Counted from the stretch's first letter, positions 1-10,337 are shown. The stretch: DNA of 64,000 bases from Vulcanimicrobiota bacterium (GCA_963733295.1 CAVTCS010000005.1:132874-196873), one strand, 5' to 3'. Translations and numbers: made by a program. Notes: a model not told the origin generated them from the letters alone.

Positions 1-501
1 GTTCGCCGAGGTACAACAGACGTCCGACTCCGCCTTCACGGCCGCCGACGTGTTCACGTAGGTGACGACCGGCGCGCCCGGATGCGCGCGGCGCAGCGTG
101 CGGATGTCTTCCGCCGTAATCGAATCGGCCAGCGAACAGCCGGCTGCCAGATCCGGCAACAGCACGACCTTCGAAGGATTCATGAGCTTGGCCGTCTCGG
201 CCATGAAGTGGACGCCGCACATCACGATCGTGTCGGCATCGGTCTTGGCGGCGGCTTGCGCGAGTCCGAGGGAATCGCCGACGACGTCCGCGACGCAGCG
301 GTAGATTTCGGCCGTCTGATAGTGATGCGCCAAGATCACCGCGTTGCGCTCGCGCTTGAGCTCGAGGATGCGAGCGACGTACGGGGCAAACAGCTCCCAC
401 TCGGCGCGCTCGACGGAACGCGAGACGAGCGGATAGAGGTGCTCGGTCGCGGCCGCAATCTCGGGTCCGTACGGGAGCGTCAGGCGTTCCGGGGCAAGCA
501 T
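1..501 (-). CDS. nadA: Quinolinate synthase NadA (5' part, runs off window)
   Basis: Manual translation from ATG at 501: ...[11 protein letters not shown]...GDSLGLA...[11 protein letters not shown]...AGCSLA...[22 protein letters not shown], the canonical NadA motifs; missing from ORF track because truncated. Confidence 0.95.
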   Translation of the reverse strand, partial: MLAPERLTLPYGPEIAAATEHLYPLVSRSVERAEWELFAPYVARILELKRERNAVILAHHYQTAEIYRCVADVVGDSLGLAQAAAKTDADTIVMCGVHFMAETAKLMNPSKVVLLPDLAAGCSLADSITAEDIRTLRRAHPGAPVVTYVNTSAAVKAESDVCCTSAN

Positions 502-544
502 GGCACTCCATTATACGCTGCCGCCACGCGCCAGGTTGCGACGA

Positions 545-570
545 ATTCATGAAACGGTCGTTTCACGAAT
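545..570. promoter_or_regulatory. Near-perfect inverted repeat (operator or terminator hairpin) between Cys-rich gene and nadA
   Basis: ATTCATGAAACG-gt-CGTTTCACGAAT, 11/12 match, AT-rich relative to surroundings. Confidence 0.4.
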
Positions 571-615
571 GGCTTTACCGATTAGGGGCCGGCCGCGGCT
601 GGAGTAGCGCCAGGC

Positions 616-2550
616 TTACTTGGGCGGGGGGAGCGGGGGCGCACATTGCGAGCTCGGCCAGCAGCCGATAGTACCGCTCGTGACATGCGGGCAGGCCTTC
701 GTTCCGGCCGGACAGCACTTGCCGGCCGCGCAGGTGACGCCCTTCGGGCAACACACCGAGGTCACGCCCATCTCCGGGTACGTCAAGCACTCCTGGTCCT
801 TGCCGGTACACTTCGAGGCCTTCTTGCACGTGGATGTCTTCGCGTCGGCGCAACCGGCGTTTTCGCAGCAGACAAATCCGCAGTGCACGCCCGTGAGACA
901 CAGCGTCGGCTGAGGCGGACACACGCCGCCCGGGCATCCAAAGACGGAAGCCGCGCCGCAGCACTGATCGCCGCACCAATGGCCGCTCTGGCAGCACTGA
1001 CCGTTTTTCACGAGGTGGTCGGCGCAACAAACGGGCGCTCCGCCCGGCGTCGAGAGATGATGGGGGTTGCCCTTTACCGCCAAGTGGACCGCTGCTTGAT
1101 GAGCGCAGACCTGGCCCGGCGAACAGCAGGTGCTGCCGCAGCAAGTTTGTCCGTACGTACAACACTCGCCGACCCAAACGCCGTTTTCGCGCTTGCCGCA
1201 AACGCGCGGGCTGGGACAGCAGTAGTAGCCGTAGAGCGCGTTCCAGTTACTGCTGTCCGTGCGTGAGCCGAAGCGCGTGTCGTAGAGGCACGGATTCTGC
1301 GCGTTGCAGCAGTAGTTGTAACCGTACCAGTACGTGGACGAGATCGGGCTCCCACACTCTTGCGGATGGCTTTTCGGGCAGCACAGACCTGGGACCGTGT
1401 TGTACCCGAACGTCGTTTCATAGTCGCCCTGGTAGGCGCAGAGCTGATCCGGATTGCACGACGTTCCGAGCCCCGTGCCGCATGGGACGGGATTGCAGGC
1501 GTTACCGGCGGCGGTGCAACCTTGCTGGCAGTTGAACTGCACCCCCGAGTAGTTGACGAATTTACTGCAGCTGCCGCAGCCGCTGGCACAGTAGTCGTAG
1601 AGATCGGCGATACACCCCACGAGGTCTCCGATTACCGTAAAGAAATTAGAGCTGCACTTGTTATTGCACGCTTCGCACAAGCCCGTGAAAAACGTCTCGG
1701 TTGTCGCGGTCGACAAACCTACGCCGTTCTTGGCCGCCGCTTTGAGAATCGCCATCTCCTGCGCGCAGGTCAAGGTCGTTCCGCTGATGAGCGCGTTCGG
1801 GTAGGGCGTACCGCAGCTCGTCTCTTGGGTTCGCTCGAGGTACGCGTTGTGACGCGCGCGATATGGACCGAGCGCCATTTCCCCGTCGCGTTCGAGGCCG
1901 GCATGCACGCTCGACGTACAGCGCTGGTAATCGGCGGTCGCTTGCGTGGAGACCGCTTTGATAGCGTCGTTCACTCCTGGCACGGGTTTGCCGAACTTCG
2001 GTTTCCCGTTGACAAACTGGAGCTTTTTCCCGGATCCGACCACGTAGGGAACGATGGTCTTCCCACCGACGGTACCGCGCAGCGTCCGGCCGCCGTCGCT
2101 GGATGTCAGCACGGCGGACCCAAAACCGAACGCATTGCCAAGAGTCAGCTTCTCCGAGCGCGCTGATTTCGTGTAGGTGCCGGTCAGCTGGACCTGTTGC
2201 TTACCGTCTATGAGAATCGTCGTATCGAGCGTCGTACCGCTCTTGGGATCGATGATGCGAGACTTCTTCAATATCGCCGTGAGGCCGCCGGCACTCGCGT
2301 TGCTAACGAGGTGATGCTCGTAGTGCGCGCCTTTGCTGGATACCTTGCAGGGACCGAACGACTCGGTCTTGCTCGGGATCGTTTTCACCTTCCGCGCCGG
2401 ATGCGGCGCAACGGCCGCAAACACCGGAGCCCAGCCCGTGCCGCTCGCAGCAAACATCGCTCCGATTCCGGCGAAAACGCTGCGGCGCGACGGCCCGCTC
2501 GAAGCGACCTGTTTGCTGAGTTCGTCGAACCAGTGATCCATCGCAATCAA
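616..2550 (-). CDS. Large cysteine-rich exported protein with twin-arginine-like N-terminus
   Basis: 644 aa ORF; N-term FDELSKQ...SRRSVFAGIGAMFAA (Tat-like); ~58 Cys by manual count incl. ~12 CC doublets in the C-terminal half; TTG start overlaps upstream TGA (alternative ATG at 2541). Confidence 0.85.
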   Translation of the reverse strand: MIAMDHWFDELSKQVASSGPSRRSVFAGIGAMFAASGTGWAPVFAAVAPHPARKVKTIPSKTESFGPCKVSSKGAHYEHHLVSNASAGGLTAILKKSRIIDPKSGTTLDTTILIDGKQQVQLTGTYTKSARSEKLTLGNAFGFGSAVLTSSDGGRTLRGTVGGKTIVPYVVGSGKKLQFVNGKPKFGKPVPGVNDAIKAVSTQATADYQRCTSSVHAGLERDGEMALGPYRARHNAYLERTQETSCGTPYPNALISGTTLTCAQEMAILKAAAKNGVGLSTATTETFFTGLCEACNNKCSSNFFTVIGDLVGCIADLYDYCASGCGSCSKFVNYSGVQFNCQQGCTAAGNACNPVPCGTGLGTSCNPDQLCAYQGDYETTFGYNTVPGLCCPKSHPQECGSPISSTYWYGYNYCCNAQNPCLYDTRFGSRTDSSNWNALYGYYCCPSPRVCGKRENGVWVGECCTYGQTCCGSTCCSPGQVCAHQAAVHLAVKGNPHHLSTPGGAPVCCADHLVKNGQCCQSGHWCGDQCCGAASVFGCPGGVCPPQPTLCLTGVHCGFVCCENAGCADAKTSTCKKASKCTGKDQECLTYPEMGVTSVCCPKGVTCAAGKCCPAGTKACPHVTSGTIGCWPSSQCAPPLPPPK

Positions 2551-4043
2551 CTCACTACTGCCGCAACGCGGCCGTTATGATCGGAATGTTCTGACCGATT
2601 GGCGAGCGCGAGAACCGCTTGGGCACCGGCCGCGACCTGCGAGGCAACGCGCCCATCGGCATCGAGGAGCAGGCCCATCGGCGTCCCATGCGCGCCGAAG
2701 GCATTCGCCGCGCGGAGTTCGGTCTCGAGAAGGATCGAGGCGCGCAAGCCGAGTGCTCGATGGTCGTCCCCGCTACCGCTCGAGATCAGGACCAGTCGCG
2801 GCGCATCAAGCGGAGCTGCGCTTTCCCACGCGCGCAGAGCGGGCAGCATTTGTTCGCAAAAGCCGCAGCGGAGGTTCCAGAATACGAGCAACGTGTCCTG
2901 ACCGCGCAGCTCGGAAAGGGCCACGTCTTCGCCGGCGAGCGTCTTGAAGGCCAGCTCCGGCGCGGGCTCGCCGATGCGGAGCGACGACGCTAACGTCGGT
3001 GAGAGCGGCAGTCGACCGGTGCGAACGGCATCGACGAGTCCGCGAATTTCTTGGGCACCCTGCGCGAGCGGAACTGCGATGCGACCGTCCGCTGATATGA
3101 CGACAGCAGCCGGCGTCCCGTGCGCTTCGTACTGTTCTGCGACTTCCCGCCCAGTTTGCAGCAGAACGCGTTCGACGCCGTGCACGGAAATTTTGGCTCG
3201 ATTGGCGCTCGCCGATCCCTCGCTGACGATCGCAACCGTGAGCGTTCCAGCAAGATCGCGCTGCCAGCTTGCAACCTCCGGGAACAAAGCTTGACACGGC
3301 CCGCAGTCGGGATTCGAGAAGACGAGCAACGCCGGCTTTTCGTTCATCAGCAAGCCGGCGAGCGTCGCCGAACCTCCTCCGACTTGCGACAAGGTGAACT
3401 CGGGCGCAGGCGTGCCGAGCGGCAGACCGGCGGGCGGAGTCGCGGGAAACTCGGGCGGACCGCCCTGGAGTCGCTGCTCGAGGCCGTCGAAGCGTAGCAG
3501 CATGCGGCCTTGTTGCCGAACAACCTGCACGAGCAACGCCACGATCGCCGCAAGCAGCGCGAGGTTCGCGAAACCCAACCCGATCCACAAGCGCTGTTCG
3601 GTCGAGAGCCGAGAAAGAATCCCGAGGAGCGATCCGAAACCGGCCCCGCGCGGATGCAACGCGACGAAAAAGGCCAGGCCTCCGAGGATGACGTTGCGCG
3701 CGACATCCGGCCAGCCGATCTCTTTCGCCGAGAGTGCGCCGAAACAGCGGCAGCGCGGCCGTTTCCCGCGAAGCAGTTGGCTCGCCAGCGCAACGGTGAA
3801 GAGCGCCAACAGCGCCGCCGCCGCGAGTGCCGCCCAAGAGGCTGTGGCGCGCGGGATCAGCGCCGCGGCGATGGCGTACTCAGCGCCGATCAGGAGGACG
3901 GAGCTGGGAGCGCTGATGCGAGAAGGGACGCCGAAGTCCGTGAGGCTTTCGACGGTGGACGTCCAGCTCAGCAGCTTCGCGGTGGCGGAGCTCGCGAACA
4001 CGACGAGCAGGAGCACGATCGAGATCAGGACGAGGAAGTCCAC
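2547..4043 (-). CDS. MauE/DoxX membrane domain fused to two thioredoxin-like (MauD/TlpA-type) domains
   Basis: 5 hydrophobic segments with RCRCFG (MauE CxCFG), then GLPLGTPAPEF..CGPC and GEPAPEL..FWNLRCGFC redoxin domains; GGAGGT RBS 8 nt before GTG at 4043. Confidence 0.85.
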   Translation of the reverse strand: MDFLVLISIVLLLVVFASSATAKLLSWTSTVESLTDFGVPSRISAPSSVLLIGAEYAIAAALIPRATASWAALAAAALLALFTVALASQLLRGKRPRCRCFGALSAKEIGWPDVARNVILGGLAFFVALHPRGAGFGSLLGILSRLSTEQRLWIGLGFANLALLAAIVALLVQVVRQQGRMLLRFDGLEQRLQGGPPEFPATPPAGLPLGTPAPEFTLSQVGGGSATLAGLLMNEKPALLVFSNPDCGPCQALFPEVASWQRDLAGTLTVAIVSEGSASANRAKISVHGVERVLLQTGREVAEQYEAHGTPAAVVISADGRIAVPLAQGAQEIRGLVDAVRTGRLPLSPTLASSLRIGEPAPELAFKTLAGEDVALSELRGQDTLLVFWNLRCGFCEQMLPALRAWESAAPLDAPRLVLISSGSGDDHRALGLRASILLETELRAANAFGAHGTPMGLLLDADGRVASQVAAGAQAVLALANRSEHSDHNGRVAAVVS

Positions 4044-4163
4044 GCTCAGACACCTCCAGCCCAACGAACGGCAAGGCCGCGCTACGACTCAAGGCGAGCG
4101 GCCCCGAGGCGTTATCCATCAGTCTAGCCGCCCGATCCTACCGTACAAGCGAGCGCGCCGGCG

Positions 4164-5114
4164 CTAAGCCATCTGGGCGATGATTTCCCCCGCGAGCTCG
4201 TAGGGGTCGCGCGCGCGCTGCGCGGCCGATTCGAGCAAACTGTCGATGCGCGCCTCGACGTCTTGCTCGACCCGCCCGATCACCAGGGCGCGGACGCGGT
4301 GGGCCAGGGCGCCGCGACGCCGCGCGGCGAGCTCGCCGCTTTCGCGCAGGTAGGCGTCGTGGCGGAGGATCGCGTCCCACAACTCGACGACTCCGGTTCC
4401 GTCGGAAGCTTGCGTCGAAATCAGCTCGGGAACCCAGCCGCCGCCCGACTCGACCATCTCGAGCATCGCGCGAATCTCGCGCCGCAGCTGCAAGGCCATC
4501 GGGTGGTCGGATTTGTTAACGACGAAGATATCGGCGACTTCCAAGATGCCGGCCTTGAGCAACTGCACCGAGTCGCCGCTGCCGGGTTGCAGCACGAGGA
4601 CCGTCGTGTCGGCGAGCTCGGCAATCTCGACTTCCGACTGACCGACACCGACCGTCTCGATCACGACGAGACCTTTGCCGAACGCGTCCATGAATGCGAT
4701 GGCGTCACCGGTCGCCCCAGCCAAGCCGCCGAGATGCCCGCGACTCGCCATCGAACGAATGAAGACGTCGGGATCGGTGAAATGCTCGGTCAAGCGAATT
4801 CTGTCACCGAGGATCGCACCGTGCGAGAATGGCGAACTCGGGTCGACCGAAATGACACCGACCGTTTTGGCCGCTGCGCGCGCGACGGTTACGAGCGCCG
4901 AGCAGAGCGTCGATTTTCCGACGCCGGGCGGTCCGGTCAGCCCCACGGTCAGCGCACTCCCGGTGCGTTCGAAGAGCGCATGCATGAGCTTCGCTCCTTG
5001 TCCGCCCTCGGCGCGCGAAATCGCGCGCGCTAAACCGCGGGGCAGACCAGCCTCGAACTGGGCCAGGATGAGCGGATCCGGGTCGGGCCTGCTCGTCGGC
5101 GGAGCGTCGCTCAA
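4164..5114 (-). CDS. meaB: Methylmalonyl-CoA mutase-associated GTPase MeaB/ArgK
   Basis: GLTGPPGVGKST, VDPSSPFSHGAILGDRIR, FIRSMASRGHLGGL, ETVGVGQSE, NKSD; TTG start overlapping upstream TGA. Confidence 0.92.
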   Translation of the reverse strand: MSDAPPTSRPDPDPLILAQFEAGLPRGLARAISRAEGGQGAKLMHALFERTGSALTVGLTGPPGVGKSTLCSALVTVARAAAKTVGVISVDPSSPFSHGAILGDRIRLTEHFTDPDVFIRSMASRGHLGGLAGATGDAIAFMDAFGKGLVVIETVGVGQSEVEIAELADTTVLVLQPGSGDSVQLLKAGILEVADIFVVNKSDHPMALQLRREIRAMLEMVESGGGWVPELISTQASDGTGVVELWDAILRHDAYLRESGELAARRRGALAHRVRALVIGRVEQDVEARIDSLLESAAQRARDPYELAGEIIAQMA

Positions 5115-5449
5115 CGCGTTTTGCGCTCGGCGACGCGTCGCCGCTCGCCGAGCGCACGAACCACCCCGTGCAGCGCGAGCACGGCGAACCAGCTCGCGAC
5201 GAGCGCGCCGACGCCGCAACCCACGAACCAGCCCAGCGCTGCCGCGCCGCGGCCGAGGGCAGCCGCGGTCAGCAACCAGAACAGCAAGGCGCAGAACGCG
5301 CTGCCGGTCGCGACGAAGGACAAGCGCAAGATTTCTGAGAGTACCGCCAGACTTTCGCGCTCGGGGGCTTCGTTGCGAATATACTCGACGTAGCGCCCGC
5401 GGTACGCGAAATACTTGTTTAGGAAGTGTTCCGAGAAGCCGCCCTTCAC
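5111..5449 (-). CDS. Small 2-TM membrane protein, hypothetical
   Basis: C-terminal 112 aa of ORF 5111..7852 from GTG 5449; two hydrophobic helices; fills gap and is coupled to meaB. Confidence 0.6.
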   Translation of the reverse strand: MKGGFSEHFLNKYFAYRGRYVEYIRNEAPERESLAVLSEILRLSFVATGSAFCALLFWLLTAAALGRGAAALGWFVGCGVGALVASWFAVLALHGVVRALGERRRVAERKTR

Positions 5450-5500
5450 GGATCCCGGATTCGGGCGGAACGCACGCGGGTTCCCGCCAATCGCTCCTGG

Positions 5501-8500
5501 ATGAGCCAACTCGGATACTGCCGTTATGCAACGATCGCCGCACAGACGATCGTCTTTGTCTGCGAGGACGACCTTTGGACCGTGCCGCGAGCGGGCGGCG
5601 TCGCGCGCCGCTTGACCGCGAGCAGCGGCGAAGTGTCGACTCCACGGCTCTCGCCCGACGGTTCGCTCGTCGCATTCATCAGCCGCGACGAGGGCAACCC
5701 GGAGGTTTACGTGATGCCGTCCGCCGGCGGCGTCCCGCGACGGCTCACGTTCCTCGGCAGCGACACGTGTTCGGTCAGCGGTTGGTCGCCGGACGGCCGG
5801 AGCATTCTCTTTGCCTCCGATGCCGGCTGGCCGTTCGTGAAGGAAACGCGCGGCTTTCGAGTGTCGAAGGACGGGGGCGCGCCGGAACCGCTCGAGATCG
5901 GGCATTTGCGTACCCTCTCGCAACATCCCGACGGCCGCTTCGTGCTGGGGCGCAACAGCGACGACCCCGCCCGCTGGAAGCGCTATAAAGGAGGAACGGC
6001 GGGCGATCTGTGGGTCGATCGGGACGGAAGCGGTACGTTCGCGCGCCTGATCACGCTCAACGGCAATCCGTGCTGGCCGATGTGGATCGGAGAGCGCATT
6101 GCGTTTCTGTCCGATCACGAAGGGATCGGAAACATCTACTCGGTGTTGCCGGACGGCTCGGATTTGCGGCGCCACACCAACGAAACGGAGTACTTCGCGC
6201 GCTTCCCCTCGAGCGACGGTTCGTCGATCGTCTACACCGCCGGCGCGCAGATCTGCTTGCTCGATCCTGCGACCGGCAGCGTAACGCGCATCGAAGTCGA
6301 TGCCGCTTCGCCCGCACCGCAGACGGCTCGCCGCTTCGTGGAAGTCGGCGAAGGACTCGAACACTTCGCGCTCAGTCCGGACGGAACGGCATTGGCGCTG
6401 GTCTCGCGCGGCCGTGCTTTCACGATGCCGCTTTGGGAAGAAGCCGTCACCGCACACGGTGCCGGCAGCCGCGTTCGTTACCGTTCGCCGGAATGGCTGC
6501 ACGACGGGCGCCGCTTCGTCTGCGTGAGCGACGAGAAGGGCCTCGAGCGCCTCGAGATTCACTCCGCGACGGGTGACGAAGCGGTGCAGATCGCAACCGA
6601 AGACGACATCGGCCGCGTTACCGAACTCGCCGCTTCTCCGACCGCCGACGTCGTGGCCGTCGCGAACCACCGTCACGAACTGCTGCTCGTCGATCTCGAA
6701 GAGAAGCGTGTCCGCTCGATCGATTCCGGCACCGCTTCGCGCGTGCACGATCTGGCTTTCTCGCCCGACGGACGCTGGCTGGCATACTGCTGCGCGCCGC
6801 CTGCCGGCTCCGGCGGCGCGGCAAACCCCGACACCTCCATCCTGCGCATCGCGAAGGTCAAATCGGGGGCGGTTCACGACGTCACGCCGCTTCTGCGCGT
6901 CGACCGGTCGCCCGCGTGGGATCCCGAAGGCAAGTATCTCTATTTCATTTCGACGCGCGATTTCAATCCGGTGTACGACGCGCTGCAGTTCGATCTCAGC
7001 TTCCCGCAAGCGTCGAGGCCTTTCGTCGTCACGTTGCGTGCCGACGTTCCCTCGCCGTTCGTTCCGAAACCCGCGCCGCTCCACCGCGACAAGCACCGCG
7101 ACGACGACGATTACCGGCGCGAGAACCCGAAGCCCGTGCGCGTCGACATCGATTTTGACGGAATCGGCGGACGCATTCTCGGTTTTCCCGTTGAGGAGGG
7201 CCAGTACGGTCAGATCGTCGCGGCCAAGGGCCGCGTGCTGTTCACGCAGTTTCCGTTGCACGGCATCAAACCGCAGGGCAGTAGTTGGGACGACGAAGAC
7301 GAGGTCGGCACGCTGGTCGCGTACGACTTCGAGCAGCAACGTACCGCCACCGTCGCGCACGAGGTGAGCGAGATCCGGATGGGCAGCGATCACCGCACGC
7401 TCGTCTACACCTCGCACGAAAAGATGCGCGCCATCGAGGCGAATCTCGACTTGCCCGAAAACGGCGAGGACGAGAACAAGTCGAATCAAGAACAGCCCGG
7501 CCGTCGCACCGGTTGGCTCGACCTCTCGCGCGCCAGCGTCTTGGTCGAACCCCGCGAGGAGTGGGCGCAGATGTACGACGAGGCTTGGCGCGTCGAAGCC
7601 GAGCAATTCTGGGATCCGTCGATGTCGGGCGTCGATTGGAACCTCGTGCACGAACGCTACGCGAAGTTGCTGCCGCTCGTGCGCACGCGCGCCGAACTCT
7701 CCGACGTCATCTGGGAGATGTTCGGAGAACTCGGCACCTCGCACGCGTACGAAATCGGCGGCGATCACCGCCGCCCGCCGCAGTACCGGCGCGGTTTCCT
7801 CGGCGCCGATCTCAGCTGGGACGAAAGCGCCGGCGGTTATCGCATCCGGCACATGTATCGCGGCGACTCTTGGAACCGCGAGATCGACTCACCGCTAGCC
7901 GAACCGGGACTCGACGTCCGCGAAGGCGACGTCATCACCGCGATCGGCGGCCGCGCGCTAAGCAAGACGCTCTCGCCCGACGAGTTGCTCGTGGACACGG
8001 CGGGACGCGACGTTGCGGTGACGATCGGCGGCAAGAAGGAGCGGCGCCGCATCATCGTGCACGCGTTGCGCGACGAACGCATGCTGCGCTATCGCGCTTG
8101 GGTCGAGGCGAACCGGAAGTACGTTCACGAGCAGACCGGCAACCGCGTCGGATACCTGCACATCCCCGACATGGGCCCGTGGGGGTTCTCGGAGTTCCAT
8201 CGCGGTTTTCTCTCCGAGTTCAATCGCGAAGGCCTAATCGTCGACGTGCGCTACAATCGGGGCGGTCACGTTTCGCCGCTGCTGCTCGAAAAGCTCGTGC
8301 GCAAACGCATCGGCTACGACGTCTCCCGGTTCGGACCACCGCTGCCTTACCCGCCCGAATCCGTTGCCGGACCGATGGTCGCGCTCACCAACCAGTTTGC
8401 GGGCTCCGACGGCGACATCTTTAGCCATGCCTTTAAGCTCTACAAGCTCGGGCCGCTGGTCGGAAAGCGCACGTGGGGCGGAGTGATCGGGATCAACCCG

Positions 8501-8773
8501 TACCACCGGCTCGTCGACGGTACCGTTACGACCGTCCCCGAATACTCCATGTGGTTCGTCGACGTCGGCTGGAGGGTCGAGAACTACGGGACCGACCCCG
8601 ACTACGACATCGACATCGCGCCGCAGGACGAGCGCGCCGGCCTCGACCCCCAAATGCAAAAGGCCCTGGAGCTGATCGCGCAGGCGCGCGCCTCGGCGAC
8701 AAACGGGAAGCCCCACTTCGACGCGCGCCCCAGCCTCGCGCTGCCCGACACCCTGGTAAGCGCAAAGAACTGA
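5501..8773 (+). CDS. Tricorn protease homolog (S41 family)
   Basis: PD40/beta-propeller repeats (SPDG), RWKRYKGGTAG, GTSHAY, PDZ, GYLHIPDMG, DVRYNRGG, AGSDGDIF, GKRTWGG; ATG 5501. Confidence 0.95.
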   Translation: MSQLGYCRYATIAAQTIVFVCEDDLWTVPRAGGVARRLTASSGEVSTPRLSPDGSLVAFISRDEGNPEVYVMPSAGGVPRRLTFLGSDTCSVSGWSPDGRSILFASDAGWPFVKETRGFRVSKDGGAPEPLEIGHLRTLSQHPDGRFVLGRNSDDPARWKRYKGGTAGDLWVDRDGSGTFARLITLNGNPCWPMWIGERIAFLSDHEGIGNIYSVLPDGSDLRRHTNETEYFARFPSSDGSSIVYTAGAQICLLDPATGSVTRIEVDAASPAPQTARRFVEVGEGLEHFALSPDGTALALVSRGRAFTMPLWEEAVTAHGAGSRVRYRSPEWLHDGRRFVCVSDEKGLERLEIHSATGDEAVQIATEDDIGRVTELAASPTADVVAVANHRHELLLVDLEEKRVRSIDSGTASRVHDLAFSPDGRWLAYCCAPPAGSGGAANPDTSILRIAKVKSGAVHDVTPLLRVDRSPAWDPEGKYLYFISTRDFNPVYDALQFDLSFPQASRPFVVTLRADVPSPFVPKPAPLHRDKHRDDDDYRRENPKPVRVDIDFDGIGGRILGFPVEEGQYGQIVAAKGRVLFTQFPLHGIKPQGSSWDDEDEVGTLVAYDFEQQRTATVAHEVSEIRMGSDHRTLVYTSHEKMRAIEANLDLPENGEDENKSNQEQPGRRTGWLDLSRASVLVEPREEWAQMYDEAWRVEAEQFWDPSMSGVDWNLVHERYAKLLPLVRTRAELSDVIWEMFGELGTSHAYEIGGDHRRPPQYRRGFLGADLSWDESAGGYRIRHMYRGDSWNREIDSPLAEPGLDVREGDVITAIGGRALSKTLSPDELLVDTAGRDVAVTIGGKKERRRIIVHALRDERMLRYRAWVEANRKYVHEQTGNRVGYLHIPDMGPWGFSEFHRGFLSEFNREGLIVDVRYNRGGHVSPLLLEKLVRKRIGYDVSRFGPPLPYPPESVAGPMVALTNQFAGSDGDIFSHAFKLYKLGPLVGKRTWGGVIGINPYHRLVDGTVTTVPEYSMWFVDVGWRVENYGTDPDYDIDIAPQDERAGLDPQMQKALELIAQARASATNGKPHFDARPSLALPDTLVSAKN

Positions 8774-8804
8774 ATCCCTTCGGCGCGAAACCGATAGAAC
8801 GAGC

Positions 8805-10334
8805 ATGCTCGCTCTATCGCTGTTCGCGCTGTTAGCGACCGGTCCGGTCCACGTTTCTGCGGTGCCTAGTGCTGCGGATCTCACTTCACGCGTCGAGGCT
8901 GCCCGCAAGACACGCCGTCCGCACAGCGAGACCGAAGACTGGACCTTGACGGTCGAAGGGTTGAGCGGGCACATCCACGCGGCTCGGCGAGGCGACGACG
9001 ACGTCCAGGTCACCGTCTTGGGTCCGTTCACGACGTCGAGCGGCAGGGTCGGCGGCAAGTCGTGGCACCAAAACGAGAACGGCTACACGATTGTGACCGG
9101 GAGCGCACCCGAGGAGCGCGTCGCATCCTCATCACCTGTCGTCAGCCGTACCGTGAGGCGGGTAAGGTCGCCCGTCGACGCCTACCTCATGGAAACGCGA
9201 CGGATCAACGGCGTCGTCGAGCGCGCCTACTACGCGCCGAGCGACTACCTGCTCTTGCGCATGGAATATGAGTTCAAGGGACAGACCAACCACATCGACT
9301 ACACGGACATCCGGCGCGATACGTACGGCCGCCGCGCCTGGCGGATCGAGGGCAGCTTCGCGAAAGGCTCCAACAAGAGCGACGAGCGGCTGATAAGGGT
9401 CAACGAAAATCCGCAGCTCGACGATGCGGCCTTCGCGATCCCGCCGAGCCGCGGCACGTTCGTCGAGTTTCCGCCGGGCGTCGATACCGTGCGCATCTCG
9501 AATTCCGTCGACACGCACATCTACACGACCGTCAATATCAACGGACACGACCTGACGTTCATCCTCGATTCGGGCGCTTCGGGAATCTTCATCGACACGC
9601 AGGCTGCGAAGGAACTCGGCTTGCCGCTCTACGGCAGAGCGACGATGTCGGTTGCCGGCACGTTCCAACGTTCTCGCACGATCGCGCCGGTCGTTCAGGT
9701 CGGCGATTTAACGATGCACAACGTGGCGATGTATACAGGTCCGTTGGATTGGCAAGAGGGCTCGAAGCGTATAAGCGGTTTACTCGGCTACGACTTCATC
9801 GCAGGCGCGGCGATTCGGGTCGACTACCAGCACCAAACGGTCGACGCTTCGCGGCCAAGCGCGTTCACGCCGCCGGAACTCGCGACCGCGCAGATGCCGA
9901 TTCGCCTCGACGAGCAAGTCCCCGTCGTCAGCGTGGGTGTCGGAAACTCGCAAAGCACTTCGATGATCGTCGACACCGGTGCGGGCTCGGTGCCCGTCAT
10001 CTTTTTCGATAACTTCGTAAAAGCGCATCCGGGCGCGATCAAGGATGAGGGACTCGGAACCGGCTACGATCCCGATATCGCCTACGTCGGCGGCGTCGGC
10101 GGCTACGTCCACATCGTGCCGCTGCGTCTCTCGAGCTTCCGCTTCGCAGGCCTCGAGTTCAAACATTTCATCGTGATCCGCGCCGAGCAGGGCGGTGCCT
10201 TCGGCACGTTCAGCGACGACGGTCTCCTCGGACCGCAGTTCTTGCGTTACTTCACCGTCTACCTCGATTACCCGGATCAGCGCATCTATTTCGAACCGAA
10301 CGAAAACTACACGGAGTCGACGAATCACCGGTAG
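8805..10334 (+). CDS. Secreted double-domain retropepsin-like aspartyl protease 1
   Basis: Signal peptide; FILDSGAS and IVDTGAG catalytic motifs; GLLGYDF and DGLLGPQF. Confidence 0.85.
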   Translation: MLALSLFALLATGPVHVSAVPSAADLTSRVEAARKTRRPHSETEDWTLTVEGLSGHIHAARRGDDDVQVTVLGPFTTSSGRVGGKSWHQNENGYTIVTGSAPEERVASSSPVVSRTVRRVRSPVDAYLMETRRINGVVERAYYAPSDYLLLRMEYEFKGQTNHIDYTDIRRDTYGRRAWRIEGSFAKGSNKSDERLIRVNENPQLDDAAFAIPPSRGTFVEFPPGVDTVRISNSVDTHIYTTVNINGHDLTFILDSGASGIFIDTQAAKELGLPLYGRATMSVAGTFQRSRTIAPVVQVGDLTMHNVAMYTGPLDWQEGSKRISGLLGYDFIAGAAIRVDYQHQTVDASRPSAFTPPELATAQMPIRLDEQVPVVSVGVGNSQSTSMIVDTGAGSVPVIFFDNFVKAHPGAIKDEGLGTGYDPDIAYVGGVGGYVHIVPLRLSSFRFAGLEFKHFIVIRAEQGGAFGTFSDDGLLGPQFLRYFTVYLDYPDQRIYFEPNENYTESTNHR

Positions 10335-10337
10335 GCG

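Noticed and set aside
616..2550. RiPP precursor or multiheme cytochrome
   Set aside because: Too long, no radical SAM/lanthionine enzymes nearby, no CxxCH motifs
2547..4043. Methylamine dehydrogenase (mau) cluster
   Set aside because: No mauA, mauB or mauG in the window
5111..7852. 913-aa minus-strand ORF
   Set aside because: Antisense shadow of the tricorn gene in high-GC DNA; only the last 112 aa kept as a plausible gene
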